In this document: positions 33,504 through 46,221 of the stretch, one piece after another
How the letters are laid out: each line of letters begins with the position of its first letter
How positions within the stretch are numbered: position 1 is the stretch's first letter
Source of the DNA: Felis catus
Taxonomy: Eukaryota
NCBI RefSeq assembly: GCF_018350175.1
Contig: NC_058369.1
Span: 12,958,001 to 13,022,000, forward strand
DNA length: 64,000 nt
Direction: 5' to 3'
Position numbers and translations under genes: made by a program
The notes under the pieces: model-generated
What the model was told of the DNA's origin: nothing
Database searches by the model: none
Seen by the model: the letters and a program-made list of their open reading frames with translations, nothing else

Positions 33504-34750
33504 GCCCAACATGGGGCTTAAACTCACGTTCCTGAGATTAAGACCTGAGCTGAGATCACGAGTCAGATGTTCAGGGGCACCTGGGTGGATCAGTCACTTG
33601 AGCATCTGACTCTCAGTGTGGCTCAGGTCATGATCTTGCGCTTCCTGGGATCAAGCCCCGCGTCTGAGCTGATGGCACAGGGCCTGCTTGGGATTCTCTC
33701 TCCTTCTCTCTCTGCCCCCCCCCCAAATAAATAAATAAAAACATTTAATTTAAAAAGAGTTGGATCCTCAACCGACTGAGCCACCCAGGTGCCACTTTTT
33801 GTGCTTAATCTTGACAGGATAATGTAGGGACACTGAAGAAACAAACTTCTTTTTTTTATTAAAATTTTTTTTTAACATTTCTTTATTTTTGAGAGAGACA
33901 CAGAGATTGAGTGGGGAAGGGGCAGAGACAGGGAGACACAGAATCCGAAGCAGGCTCCAGGCTCTGAGCTGTCAGCACAGAGCCTGATGTGGGGCTCGAA
34001 CTCATGAACAGCAAGATCATGACCTGAGCCAGAGTCAGACACTTAACCGATTGAGCCACCCAGATGCCCCGAAAAAAACTTCTTAAGGTCATCCTCAATC
34101 CTGCTCCCTTCACTCAGCTGTTTTTTTTTTTTTTTTTTTTTAATTTTTAAAAAATGTTTATTTATTTTTGAGAGAGAGAGAGAAACAGGGCACAAGCAGG
34201 GGAGGGGCAGAGAGAGATAGGGAGACACAGAATCGGAAGCAGGCTCCAGGCCCCGAGCTGTCAGCATGGAGGCCAATGCAGGGCTCGAACCCACGAACTG
34301 TGAGATCATCACCTGAGCTGAAGTCTGGCACTTAACCAACTGAGCCGCCCAGGGGCCCCTCAGGTGTTTTATTTCTGTTCATTAAACTACACAAGTATTT
34401 CGCTGAGCTGACTAAATGCCTTACTTTTGAGGTGTTTTCAGTTGTGCATAGCCCTGGGTGGGTCCTCTCCAGCCCGGTAGGAAGGCGCTGGCCCAAGGGT
34501 CCTCACTCAGGGGCAGTTCTGCCCCCAGGGGACATTTGGCGTTGTCTGCAGTTTTCTGGTTTTGTTTTTTCTGAAGTTTATTGCTTTATTTTGAAAGAGA
34601 GAGCGAGCCAGCATGAGCAGGGGAGGGACAGAGAGAGAATCCCAAGCAGGCTCCACCTGTCAGTGCAGAGATAGATGCTGGGCTCGAACTCACAAACTGT
34701 GAACCGAAATCCAGTTGGATGCTTAACTGACTGAGCCACCCAGGCATCCC
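33504..34750 (-). mobile_element. Dense cluster of five or more CAN-SINEs, mostly minus strand
   Basis: Repeated reverse-complement heads at about 33793, 34069, 34357 and 34750. Confidence 0.85.
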
Positions 34751-35466
34751 TGGAGACAGTTTTGATTGTCACAAACTTTGTATTAGGGTTGAGTGGAGGG
34801 GCACTACTGGCATCGGGTGGGTGGAGACCAGGGATGCTGGTCAGTGCCCTCCCGCGCCCAGGACGGCCCCGCCGCAGAGAACGACCCCGGAGGAGAAGCC
34901 CTGGCCCTGTCCTGGTACAGGTTTGGAGGCCTCTGGGCTCGGCCCGCTTGGCCCTGGGCCAGCTCCTGCACCCGCCAGGCCTGCCTGCTTGTAGGATGGC
35001 TGTGACGGCGGCTGTCCCCAGCTGCTCTGAGGACAGGGGCAAGGCGCAAGTGAAAAGGCACCGAGCTCAGCGCTCGGCTCCTCCCCACTGCCCTGTCTGT
35101 CTGTCCGTCCGTGTCATCCTTTGATAAGTTGTGGATCCAGTGTGTTCTCTCCTTAGACCGAATTCCCAGGGATGTGGTTAGTGGGTCCCCGGGGATATGT
35201 GTCTCCCTGACTCTCACTTTCCCTAAAGAGGAATCCAGAATTCAGTCTGTTCCTGCCCCTGCAGGGAGCGGATGCTCGTCTCTCCACGTGTCCGACGCGC
35301 TTGTGTCCTTCCAGCCACTTCCCGTCCCTGGCTCTCAGGCCTTCCTCTGCCACAGGGCAGGCCGGCTCCGAGGTGGCCCCCACCCGCTGCGGCCACTGCC
35401 CTGGGTCCACGGTTCAGTCAGCGCCAGCTTCTCAGTCCCGGCCTCTCACTCGGCCCCAGGGCTGAA

Positions 35467-38400
35467 TGTTGGCATTCAAAGCACGTTTCACACTGGGGAA
35501 GGTCACGGAGAAGATGTGCGGGTTGGTTGACCAATGAGCCGGACCCAGGCACTTGGAGGCTTCTCGCCCCCTCCCCTATCCCTGGCATGTACCTTCTGCC
35601 CATTTTTCTCACATTAGGAACCACCTCAAGGACACAACCTTGAGAGAGAGCAAGGTGTCGTTGAGCCCATCCATCTGTATCTGTGTCGAGGTCTCTTGTA
35701 GAAACCCTTAAGATTCTGGTGGGCGGGCGAAGAGAGTTACCCACCCCGCTGCCTCCCCAGACAAGCATCGGGAGGGTTTCCCTCCTTATTTAACCTGCTT
35801 CCTACGGATCTGGAGCTGCCTGCCTCTTTCTTCGGTCCCTCCCTGCCCTCCGGGTCTGGGGCCCGTTTCAGATCTCACCCGGGCAGCTCCCCAGCTCCGG
35901 AGGTGGGGAGACAACAGCTAGAAGGCGGCCAGGAGACCAGAACAATGGGCCTTGAGACAGAGGCACCTGCAGGGACAACCCGGAGTTGGCCATCGACCCG
36001 TTTGGGATTGGGGGGTGGGGGGGTGGGGCATGGCTCGTATGTCAGATGCTTGTGGACTGTCATGTGAGTATGGGGACGCCCCGAAAATGCTGGCCGGTGT
36101 GACCGGCACGCCGCGCGGTGGCGGAGGAAGGAAGCGCGGTGGGCTGGGCTCCACTGCGGCTGCGCGCGCCGGCCCCTGAATCACAAGGTTGGAAGGACAG
36201 CTGAGGTTAAAGAATGCGCAGCGACTGCCGGCTTAGGGGCTGGCAGACGGGGTGGGACGGCAGGTCCTTGAGTTGGAGGCCTTAGCACGCCGTTTTGCGT
36301 CGCTGGGAGGGTGCAGGCAGCGTGTGGGGGACCCTGAACACCAAGGAAAGCAACGACAGCCCCAGCCAGTGGGGCAGCGCCCCAATTCCGGAAATGTACA
36401 TGATAAGCGGATATACTCCGGGGGCGCCTGGGTGGCTCAGTCTGTTAAGTTTCCGACTCGTGGTTTGGGGCCCAGGTCACGGTCTCACGGTTTGAGTTTG
36501 AGGCCCCCCCCCCCCTCCCCGCCGGGCTCTGTGCTGACAGTGCGGAACCTGCTTGGGATTCTCTCTCTCACCCTCTCTCTGCCCCTCCCCTGCTCTCTCA
36601 CTCTCAAAAATAAATAAACATTACAAAAAAAAAAAAAAAAAAAAGGGAGCGAATATACCCCCACTGGGCCTGTGGGCCTGTTTATAGGTATAGCTGCCAA
36701 GTTCCAGCAAAAGGCCAGGGAAAATCTCCAGGCATGGGTGGTGCCCCTATGAGATCCAGGGGGCGATGGCATTTCTCTTACTGGGCAGGACGCAGAGAAA
36801 GCGAGCAGCACCGCCAGCACACTCCCTGCCCTCTGGTAGCACTTGGGTGATGCCCAGGGAATTCAGGTACTCACTCCCTTCTAGATTAGATTATTCTAGC
36901 CTGCAGGGAGGCTCGGCCAAATGAGGGGGACCTCCCTGGGCACCGGGCCCTGGAAATCTGTAGAAGAGGTACAGCAAATGCTTAGGGAGTTGGGAAGGAG
37001 ACAGGACATTTATACCCCTCTCTCTGAAGGCCCTGATCGGGCCCCAGTCAGTCACCGCAGGAATGAAAGCTAAAATTTTCCGGTCCCCTTCCGGAACCTA
37101 CCATGGGACAGTGATACCCGTGCTGAGCCTAGCAGTAGGCCAAGATAAAGTTTTTAAGTTTACTTGCTTATTTTGAGGGAGGGAGAGAGAGGCAGAGAGA
37201 GAGACAGAATCCCAAGCAGGCTCCGAGTTATTAGCACAGGACCTCGATCTCACGAACTGTGAGATCATGACCCGACCTGAGATCAAGAGTTGGATGCTTA
37301 ACCCTCTGAGCCACCCAGGTGCGCTGTGGGACAAGACATGTATGACACTGGGCCAATCCATTGCTGATCTGGGGAAACTGACAAATCCCGAGAATGGGTA
37401 GAGGGTGTGGGAAAGACCCAAGACAGAGAGGGAGACCAAGAAGCCAAAAGACTATTCCAGTTGATAGTAGAGGGTCCAATAAAGGTAACCTGGAAGCAAA
37501 TATGGCTTGACCTCATTGCTGTCAGGACCCCACCTGGAAAGACGGGTCGGCAAAACCGTGCTGTGCTGGCTGGCCTGTGGAAAGCCTTCAACCCCGAACA
37601 ACGGTTCGGATCTGCCCAGCCTGACCCTCCCATCCCTGATGCTCCTCGCTGCTCCAGCAGAGGCCTCGGGGATACAGGCCTAGTCAGGGTGGGTTGCCTC
37701 CCACAGCCTGGCCACAGGATGCAGGCCAAGAGTACCTCTAGGTGAGGGTTGTGGGGGCACTTGGAGGCCCCACAGTGAGCTCATTCTTTACTGGTCGCCC
37801 AGAAACAAACAGAAGTTGACATCTCTGGTGGGCACTGGAGCTGGAGGTGCTCTGACACGTGGCCCTCAGGTGTCTTCCAGCTCCTTCTCTTTGACCCTGC
37901 AGATTGAGAGTTCTCCCCCATGAGAATGTGAGGTTTTTATTTCTCCAGTACCAGAGAACATCCTGGGCACGGACAGCCTACAAGGTCAAAGTCTGCGAAC
38001 CTCTAACAGTGAAGTCTGCCTCTGGGTTAGGGTTACCAAACCAGCGCTGAGGGGGAAATACCAACTGGGAACCAGTAAGCCAGCCACCCCCAGGAAAGAG
38101 TGATGCTGTGAAACGGTCAGTTGCCTGACGGACTGTCCAAGAACTTCACCAAGTTGGTATGGTGCCCCTTGCCCCCAGCGCTTTCTATTTCGATTCCTAC
38201 TGGTCCAGTACGGCTGGTAGAAAAAAACCAGATGCTCATGGCAGACGGTTGAGAATTGAACAAGGCGTTGTCCCCCGACATTGCCACCATGTTAGCTCGG
38301 CCATGGTCCCGGTTGTGTATCATGCCGCTCCAGACTCACCAAATGCCTTTCCCAGTGTACCTCTGGCCACTAGACGTGAAGTCAATTTGCCTTCACGTGG

Positions 38401-41400
38401 GAGGGACAACAGCGGACCTTGCAGCGGCTTCCCAGGGCTGTCTGCCAGCCCCGCCGCCTGTCACGGGATGGCAGCCCAAGACTTGTCCCCGATCTCGCTC
38501 CTCACATCAGAAAACGGGCCCGTTACACTGATGACATGATGTTGACATGTAAAGACCTGCCTCCGCTGCAGAGCCCTCTACAGGCTTTCCTGGAACCATC
38601 CGTGAGTGGGAGGATGGGTGGTGAACCTACAGGAAACTCGAGGCCCAGGCACCGCCACGAAGTTTTTGGGAGTCACTTGGTTGGGTAAGATGCGCATTGT
38701 CCCAGAAGCTGTTATTGACATGTTGCGAGCCGGTCCGGCTCCTAAGGTGAAAGAGGGGCAGGCCTTTGGAGGGGTTAGGAGGACCCTTATTCCCTCTCTG
38801 GCATCGTTTTCCTCCGTCCCTTATACCGCCTGGTAAAGAGAGGGGCCCACGTGGGACTTGGGATCCGGGCAAAAGCGGCCTTGGAGAAGGCAAAGCTACT
38901 CATGAAGCCAACGAAGGCTCTGGGCAGCTCCCGAGCAAGGCTACTGTCTGAGTTAGACGTGCCTGTGACTCCACAGAGTCTGGGTTGGGCCACTGTGCCA
39001 GTGCCAGAGACGACAGAAGGAGAGAATGCCCTAGGACTTTGGTCTCGGCCGTGGAAGGGGCGGAAATCCGATATGCCCCCAAGAGCAACAGCTCCCAGGT
39101 GTATACACTGTGCTCCTTTGCGTTGAGCCTCTCACGAAGGGACAGCGTGTCGTGGGAGGAACTTCCCTGCCTGTCAAGGGGCAGGTTGAGAATAGGGCCC
39201 ACGGACTCACCTCTGTCCTGGCTCAAACTCCCACTTCGACTAAGGCAAGCCGACTGACAGTGCTGGAGCACCCTATCTACCAGCCCACCAGAAAGAGGGT
39301 GCCTCTAGGCCCTGTAGAGGACCTAGATCTTCCAAGTGCCCCCACCCCTGGTCCCGTGGTGGCCCCAAGGCCCGTAAGGAGAGTGGCACATTTCTGCTCA
39401 TGCCTGGTATACAGACGGGTCTAGTCTAGTCGGGGCAACCTACCCACGGGAGCTGCAGCCACTATTCGGCTCAACACTGACACCATCTGGGTGGAAACGG
39501 GAACAAACCACAGCAGCCAGTGGGCTGACCTCGGAGCCGTTTGGCTGGTGATCACACAGGAGCCCAGGCCGTTAACCCTTCTGCGCTGATAGTTGGGCTC
39601 TTTTATTTATTTTTCATTTTTTTAATGTTTATTTCTTTATTTTGAGAGAGAGGGAGAGCACGAGCGAGGGAATCCCAAGCAGGTTCCACGCTGTCAGCAC
39701 AAAGCGCGACGCGGGGCTCGAACTCACAAACCGTGAGATCATGACCGGAGCCAAAATCAAGAGTGGGATCTTAACCGACGGAGCCACCCGGGTGCCCCGA
39801 TAGTTGGGGCTGTTTTAAAAGGATGAACCCTGTGGCTTGGGCAACAGAAAGCTGAGAGGTGGATGATCATGAGTAAGCCTTTGCGGGGCCAGGGTGTGTG
39901 GAAAGACGTTTGGGTTCACCTGCGGGAGGCTGAGGCACCCTCACTGTCTCCCACATCCGGGCTTGTAAGGCGCTGAATCCCCCCTGGCATTCAAGGAAGC
40001 TTATGCCCTAGCCCAGGTATGAGCCCTGGCAACCGACCCTTCGGTAGATAAAGCAGATTGGCTGCAGGGGAAGAATGGCCACGGCAGCACTTGGGTGGGA
40101 TGCTGTATTGCCAAGGATACCAGATTGCTCCTGAGAACCAGTGACTTGGTTAATGCGGGAATATCATAAAATTTTTTAAGTGTTTATTTATTTTTGAGAC
40201 AGAGAGAGACAGAGCATGAGCGGAGGAGGGGTAGAGAGAGAGAGGGAGACACAGAATCCGAGGCAGGCTCCAGGCTCTGAGCTGTCAGCATGGAGCCTGA
40301 TGCGGGGCTCCAACTCACGAGCTGTGAGATCATGACCTGAGCCGAAGTCGGATACCCCACCGAGGCGTTGAGCCACCCGGGCGCCCCTAATGCAGTAATA
40401 TCATGCCCTGTGTGTTCTAAACAATGCCCAAGGCAACTGACAAAAAAGTCTGGGGCCATCCATCAGAGTTCTCAACCGGTAAGGGACAGGCAAGTTGATT
40501 ACATTGGCCCTTTCCCTCTGAGGGAGGGTCCTAACTATGGCTTGGGTTGTGTGGTCATTGTGTCTGCTCTGACCCAAGCTTTCCCTTGTCATCACGCAAA
40601 CCAGGCTGCCACCCTTAGGGGATTAGAGAACACTGAGTACACTGAGTATGATGTGTGGATACCCTCACCAAACAGATAAGTGGCTGGGGTCGCATTTTAA
40701 GAGTCATGATGTGTGAGACTGAGCAAAAGAACATTACAGCGGATGGAGGTTCTGCCTCCTGTGTAACCCACAAGCAGCAGGATTGGTAAAAGGAAGAATG
40801 AAATATTAAAGCAGCAGATGAAATTACCAACAGGTCAAACCACCTTGGCCGGGTGGCCAAAGTACCGTCCCAGGCTTAACGGATTGGGATGAACAACCAA
40901 TTGCCCCATATGCCAGACTGGGGACCCCTGTCAAAGCACCCAATATCGTAAAGGTGTGGGAGTCTCAGGGGAGAGCTATCGCCCTGACTCTCCCTGTACA
41001 TCAACGTGCTGGGCTGAGGAGGACACCGAGTCCCATCACGCCCGGGGAGAGGCATTTATCTATGAGATGTGTGATGGGACATCCAGCCAGGGTTGGAGAG
41101 TTATTTCACACCCTGGGTCGGGGGGAGCTGCCCAGTCCCCACTGGGAAAGGGGAGAAGACGGGGACCCTGGTCTAGCACATCCTGCCCCCCCGTCCATCT
41201 CCCCACGCCTGACAGTGCCGCCTCCCCCGGCCAACCTGCATGGTGCGCACAACCTGATCAAGTTCCTGAAGCCACAGTCACATATTTTTAAAAATGTTTT
41301 GTTTTTTTTTTATTTTGAGAGAGAGGGAGAGAGAGCAAGCTGGGGAGGGGCAGAGAGAGAGAGAGAGAGGAAGAGAGGGAGAATCCCAAGCAGGCTCCGC

Positions 41401-43704
41401 GCTGTCAGCCCGATGCGGGGGCTCGATCCCACAAACCCATGAGATCAGGACCGCAGCCGAAATCAAGAGTTGGGACGCTTAACGGCGCCCAGGCGCCCCC
41501 TAGCTGCAGTCACATTAAGGAGAAGGGTTCCCCATACGAGTTTCTACGAAGTATCTGTCTTCTTGACCTTAGACTTCTACTGCTCCCGTGGTGTCCGCTC
41601 ACGGGATAGGCACCTGATGGAAATGCCTTTCTACAGAGGGCCCACTTGCGTGCCTGGCAAAGGAATACAGTCCAAAGGGTTGGGGATGCAGGCGGCTGCC
41701 CTTTAGCTTGTCAGGATTGTCGTGGTGTACCCAGCCCGTGATGTGCCCCCCCCCCCACTCCAGGGAGGGGATTGGAAGGCATTAGAGCAGTACATTAAGG
41801 GAGCACAAACGAGGACAGGTGCTCATAATTCAGCGGATATTACCAGCACCGATCCAGAAACCCGACCGGTTACCGACACTATCAATAACACCGGGCACGG
41901 GCCTTCTTCTGTCAAGTCAGTCAGACGGGCAGCCCATCCGCCCGCCGACCGGAAGGGTCCCCAAAGCACCACTCTCAGAGCCATTAGGTGGTTGCGCTCA
42001 GATGTGGGATGGCCCCGTGTGGCTTCAATGTGGCTTACCCTGGGTTAGAGACAGTGGAGCACTCGTGCGCTCGGGAACAGAAAAATACCACTCTAAACAG
42101 AATCAAACCAAGTGTAGCAGGGACCTGGGATGGAGTCATTCTGTCACTCTGAAGGATCGCGGCTGGTTTGGCACTGTTATGCCACCCAGGTATCGACCGG
42201 GTAATTCCAGATGGGACCCAGGGGGTGTGCGGCACAGATCTTTGGCTCGGCTTCCTCCTGGGTGGTGGGGCCGCTACCCCCTGGGTTTTCCCCAAACTCT
42301 GACCCACAGTAACCAAAGTTATCAATCTCTCTCTCTCCGTAAGGCCAGAAGGGCACGTTGTTTTCCACTGGTATGACCCCTCGGCCGCCATATTTGTTCC
42401 CTCCACTGGCCTGAAGGAAGTTCTAGCAGGCATAGAAGCCCTTACTAAGTTTACCCGACAAAGCCTGTCCTATTGAACACTGAAATGTCTCTAATGAGAA
42501 AATCTGTCCTCCAGATTAGAATGGCCTTGGGTAGGGGCGCCTGGGTGGCGCAGTCGGTTAAGCGTTCGACGTCAGCCAGGTCACGATCTCGCGGTCCGTG
42601 AGTTCGAGCCCCGCGTCAGGCTCTGGGCTGATGGCTCGGAGCCTGGAGCCTGTTTCGGATTCTGTGTCTCCCTCTCTCTCTGCCCCTCCCCCGTTCATGC
42701 TCTGTCTCTCTCTGTCCCAAAAATAAATAAACGTTGAAAAAAAAAAACAAAACATTTTAGAATGGCCTTGGGTATTATGACTGCCTTGCAAAGAGGCACC
42801 TGTGCCATTATCCGGGCAGAATGTTGTGTGTTCGTACCTGATGAGTCTATCAATGTATCATCTTTGTTAAAGCAGATGAAGACACACAAGTGAATCTCCT
42901 GAATGATCCCACCCCCATCCTAAGGGACTTAATAAATCTGTGGTTTGGGGAAGTATAGGACTGTAAGGGCTGGTCGGGAGGGGTGGAGGGTTAGAGGAGG
43001 TCACCAAGAGGATGTGATTGCCAGTTGACCCTTGAGGTGGAACCAGGCAATCAGAGGCTCCTAACCCCCTCCCCTGTCCTTGGAATGTATGTTCTGCTCA
43101 CCATTCCCACAGTGAGAGCTGTTTTCAAGGATCTGCCTTGAGAGAGTAAGGTGTTGTTGAGCCTTTCCGGACACTGTATGTGACTGAACCCAGTTAAGGC
43201 TTCTATATGAACTTTTAAGATTCTGGGGGTGGGGGGGTGGGGGGGCGGTAAGGAGATCTACTTGTCTTACAGCCGCTGAAGACTAGCCTCCTGTGTAAAC
43301 CCCCTCCTTATTAAGGGACTACCATCTCCCGGGGCGCCTGGGTGGCTCAGTTAGTTGTGGCTGACTTTGTCTTGGGTCATGACCTCACAGCTCATGGGTT
43401 CGAGCCCCGCACCAGGCTCTGTGCTGACAGTGTGGAGCCTGCTTGGGACTCACTCCCTCCCTCCCTCCCTCCCTCCCTCCCTCCCTCCCTCTCTCCCTCT
43501 CTCCCTCTCCTGCATGTTCATGGGCAGGAATTCTCTCTCTCTGCCTCTCAAAAAACAAAAACAACTTAAAACAAAACAAAACAACAACAACAAAAACCCT
43601 GCCCTCCACCAATCTAGAGGAGTTGACTTCTTTCTCCTTGCCCTCTGAGTGTGGGGTCCAGTTTCAAATTTCACCCAGGGAACTCTCCAGGTTTTGAACC
43701 CACA
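35467..43704 (+). mobile_element. Degenerate class III (ERV-L/HERV-S-like) provirus: LTR-gag-pro-pol-env remnant-LTR, interrupted by several SINEs
   Basis: Alignable LTRs at about 35467-35916 and 42962-43704; gag-like PWKSVEEVQQMLRELG (~36950); RT YTDD at 38524-38535 and GPGTATKFLGVTW; RNase H WYTDGS at 39405-39422; integrase QVDYIGPFP (~40490); env CAIIRAECC at 42801-42827; many stops and frameshifts; boundaries approximate. Confidence 0.85.
42534..42756 (+). mobile_element. Young CAN-SINE inserted into the env remnant
   Basis: 18-bp TSD TTAGAATGGCCTTGGGTA at 42516-42533 and 42757-42774. Confidence 0.93.
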
Positions 43705-44139
43705 TTCCTCCTAAGTACTAGGAGACTGGGGTATTTCTAGGGGAGCCCATGGTTAGTTCCCTCCTGTATCTCATTATTGGGTCATCTTTTCCAAGATGTT
43801 TGTTTCTTATGGGCATCGACATTCAAATGTTGTATACTTTTCATACGTCACTAAATACTCCTTTTTTTCCCCCTCCCTTCAATCATTTATGCATACAAAA
43901 ACCAGACAGTGGGCCAACCCGTGATATTGCAGAAAACTGAAAAATATGTTAGAGTAGATAATACCTTGTTCCCTATTTTTTTCGTATTTCCCCCCCAGAG
44001 GGGTGTAAAAGCATGTTACCGTATTAAATACTTTATATCTCATTAAAAAAACCTAATTGTGTCTGGGAATGATGGAATAGGCAGTTAGTTACACCTGAGC
44101 TGGGGGCAAGGGCTGTGAAACACAGGTCACACATTAGAA

Positions 44140-44663
44140 GCCTGGGGGCACAACATTTTGACTTTGTGGCTTTCAACATCTTGGCCTTGTGGCTTCCACC
44201 AAGGTTGGCCAACCAAGAACCACAGGTGCAGAACCTGCGGTCTCCTCTCCAACTTCTACCGCAGGGTGATTGCCTATGTTCACTCTAATATATTTACATT
44301 GCGGTTTCGACCCCCACCCGCTACCCTTCTGGGGGGAAGGTGGCCATGACACTTCCGGCAAGAAACTTGTAGGGCCCCAAACTTCCCCTCCCAATAAATA
44401 GGAGGAGTCCCTTAGATGATTGGAAACCACCCTAGCTAGGACCCACAAACAGAAAACGAAAAGACACCCCTAGCCTCTTGGCAGTTGCCATCTCTGGGCC
44501 TGCCCGCTCTCCTACCTTGAAAGTGTACGGTTCTTAAAAAGCTTCTTTGTGCTTGCTGCCTTCCTTCTTAGCTGTCTTTACTCAAGCGCGGATCCTCAGG
44601 TTATTCTTTCGTGGGGAATCCAAGACCTCCATTCACACAACGCAGAATCTCCCACCGGTAACA
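44140..44663 (+). mobile_element. Old LTR (ERV1/MER-type) just upstream of the MVB12A promoter
   Basis: Ends ...GAATCTCCCACCGGTAACA; U5-like TTATTCTTTCGTGGGGAATCCAAGACC. Confidence 0.5.
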
Positions 44664-44849
44664 TGAACAACTCCTCAAGTTACACACGATTTCATGGTTC
44701 ACGGTGGTCCGTACTTTTTGTTATTTAAACTAATAGCTGCATAACCCATGGACGTTTCCTTTGGGATGACTTCCTAGAACTACAATTACAGTTTTTCAAA
44801 TCTCTTCCCTAAATGTCCAAACGTGTCCCTGGAGAAGCCGATACCGCAA

Positions 44850-45183
44850 GGAATTCTGGGGAACGTAGTTCTGGTTTGGGGCAAGCAAGACCTCGGCGCT
44901 GAGTAGAAACACTTCTGGAGGAAGTGGCTGGGCGTGAGAAGGAGACGAGACGATTTTCCGCAAATGTCGCTCATGTGCGCCTGCGCGGTGCACGGGGGCG
45001 TGACTTCATGTTCCCACGCGATTGGTCAGCCGTCTTCCAGGCACGCGCAGACAGCCCCCTCCCCCGCCCCGCCTTTCGCACGGTCCTCTGGGAGCTGTAG
45101 TTCAGACTCCTGCCCTAACACGGCCGCGGGTCGTCGGCTCGGACATCTGAGGCCGTCCCGGCCTTCGGCTCTGGGCTCGGAGG
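44850..45183 (+). promoter_or_regulatory. MVB12A CpG-island promoter (ZNF143/THAP11-type ACTACA motifs, NRF1-like site, inverted CCAAT)
   Basis: CTGGGAGCTGTAGTT at 45088-45102; CTGGGGAACGTAGTT at 44856-44870; TGCGCCTGCGC at 44976-44986; GATTGG near 45020. Confidence 0.6.
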
Positions 45184-45273
45184 ATGGATCCAGGACCCGG
45201 GACCGACACGGCGCCGCTGGCTGGCCTGGTCTGGTCGTCGGCTTCGGCGCCTCCGCCACGGGGATTCAGTGCG
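45184..45273 (+). CDS. MVB12A: MVB12A exon 1
   Basis: [30 protein letters not shown]; GTGAGC donor; CpG island. Confidence 0.96.
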
Positions 45274-45363
45274 GTGAGCGACGTCGGGGGCCGGGGATCA
45301 AGTGGGGGCACAGGCGGCCGCGTCGGGGTAGGATCCTGGCTCTGACTCCCGTCCACATCGTAG

Positions 45364-45462
45364 ATCTCCTGCACCGTGGAGGGGACGCCCGCCAACTTCG
45401 GCAAGAGCTTCGCGCAGAAGTCTGGCTACTTTCTGTGCTTCAATTCTTTGGGCAGCCTAGAG
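45364..45462 (+). CDS. MVB12A: MVB12A exon 2
   Basis: [33 protein letters not shown]; AG/GT flanks. Confidence 0.96.
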
Positions 45463-45592
45463 GTAAGGGGCGCCCACCTTCGGAATCCCCGGGGTCAGCC
45501 CACTCCCCCGTCCATTTGCGGGGCCCTCCGCCAGGGGCGCTGTTCCTGCTGCAGCATGACTGTCGGTGTGTCCTCCCCTTCCTCCCTCTCAG

Positions 45593-45689
45593 AATCCGCA
45601 GGAGAATGTGGTGACCGATATCCAGGTCCTGGTGGACAAGAGCCCCCTCCCACCGGGCTTTTCCCCGGTCTGCGACCCCCTGGACTCCA
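45593..45689 (+). CDS. MVB12A: MVB12A exon 3
   Basis: [32 protein letters not shown]; AG/GT flanks. Confidence 0.96.
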
Positions 45690-46221
45690 GTGAGGCCCGC
45701 GTCCGAGACTGGGGGCGGGGTGGGGGGCCGCGTTCGGGTCCCTGTGGGCAGGACCAGGGAGGGGCGGAGGGACGACAGGCACTTGTTTTCCGAGCCTCGA
45801 CTGCCCACTCGGTGCACTGGGTAATGACAGAGCCCGCTGAGGCGTCGAGCTCTGCTCCAGGGCGGGGCCACATGCCCCGCCCTGCGTAAAAATGTGCCAT
45901 TGGCACAGCCTTTGTCCCAGAGTAAGAGTCATGACTTGTTTTATTACTGTTCCTGCTATATCTTCTTAACTGGTAGCCAAGTAGAACCCTCGCCATTTCC
46001 ACGCCTTTTCATTCCCAAGCTTTTGCACAGTTTCCTCTGCCTGGAGCACCTGTCTTCGACTCTTGGGGCTAGTTAATGCTTGATTCTCCCTCAGGTCTCT
46101 GTTTAGTCCCCGCCCCTTCTGACTCCTATAGCCCTGGTGCTGCCCTTCCAGCCCCGACCACCCTGCTTTCCAGCCACCTGGCTCTCCCTGCCTCTCACTG
46201 TGTCTTGTCATGTGTATTTGG

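Noticed and set aside
32697-33609. Long ORFs containing X runs (also 6719-7123)
   Set aside because: Artefacts of translating through N gaps
31000-35460. Second BST2 paralog or pseudogene
   Set aside because: No TM/coiled-coil exon resembling BST2 found; the 557-N gap cannot be assessed
35917-35936. Primer-binding site of the provirus
   Set aside because: Only loose resemblance to a tRNA-Ser PBS; too degenerate to assign, and no TSD could be read at the provirus ends
41500-42930. Intact or domesticated env (syncytin-like) gene
   Set aside because: Frameshifts, stops, a SINE in the ISD-like segment and no membrane anchor; no long ORF
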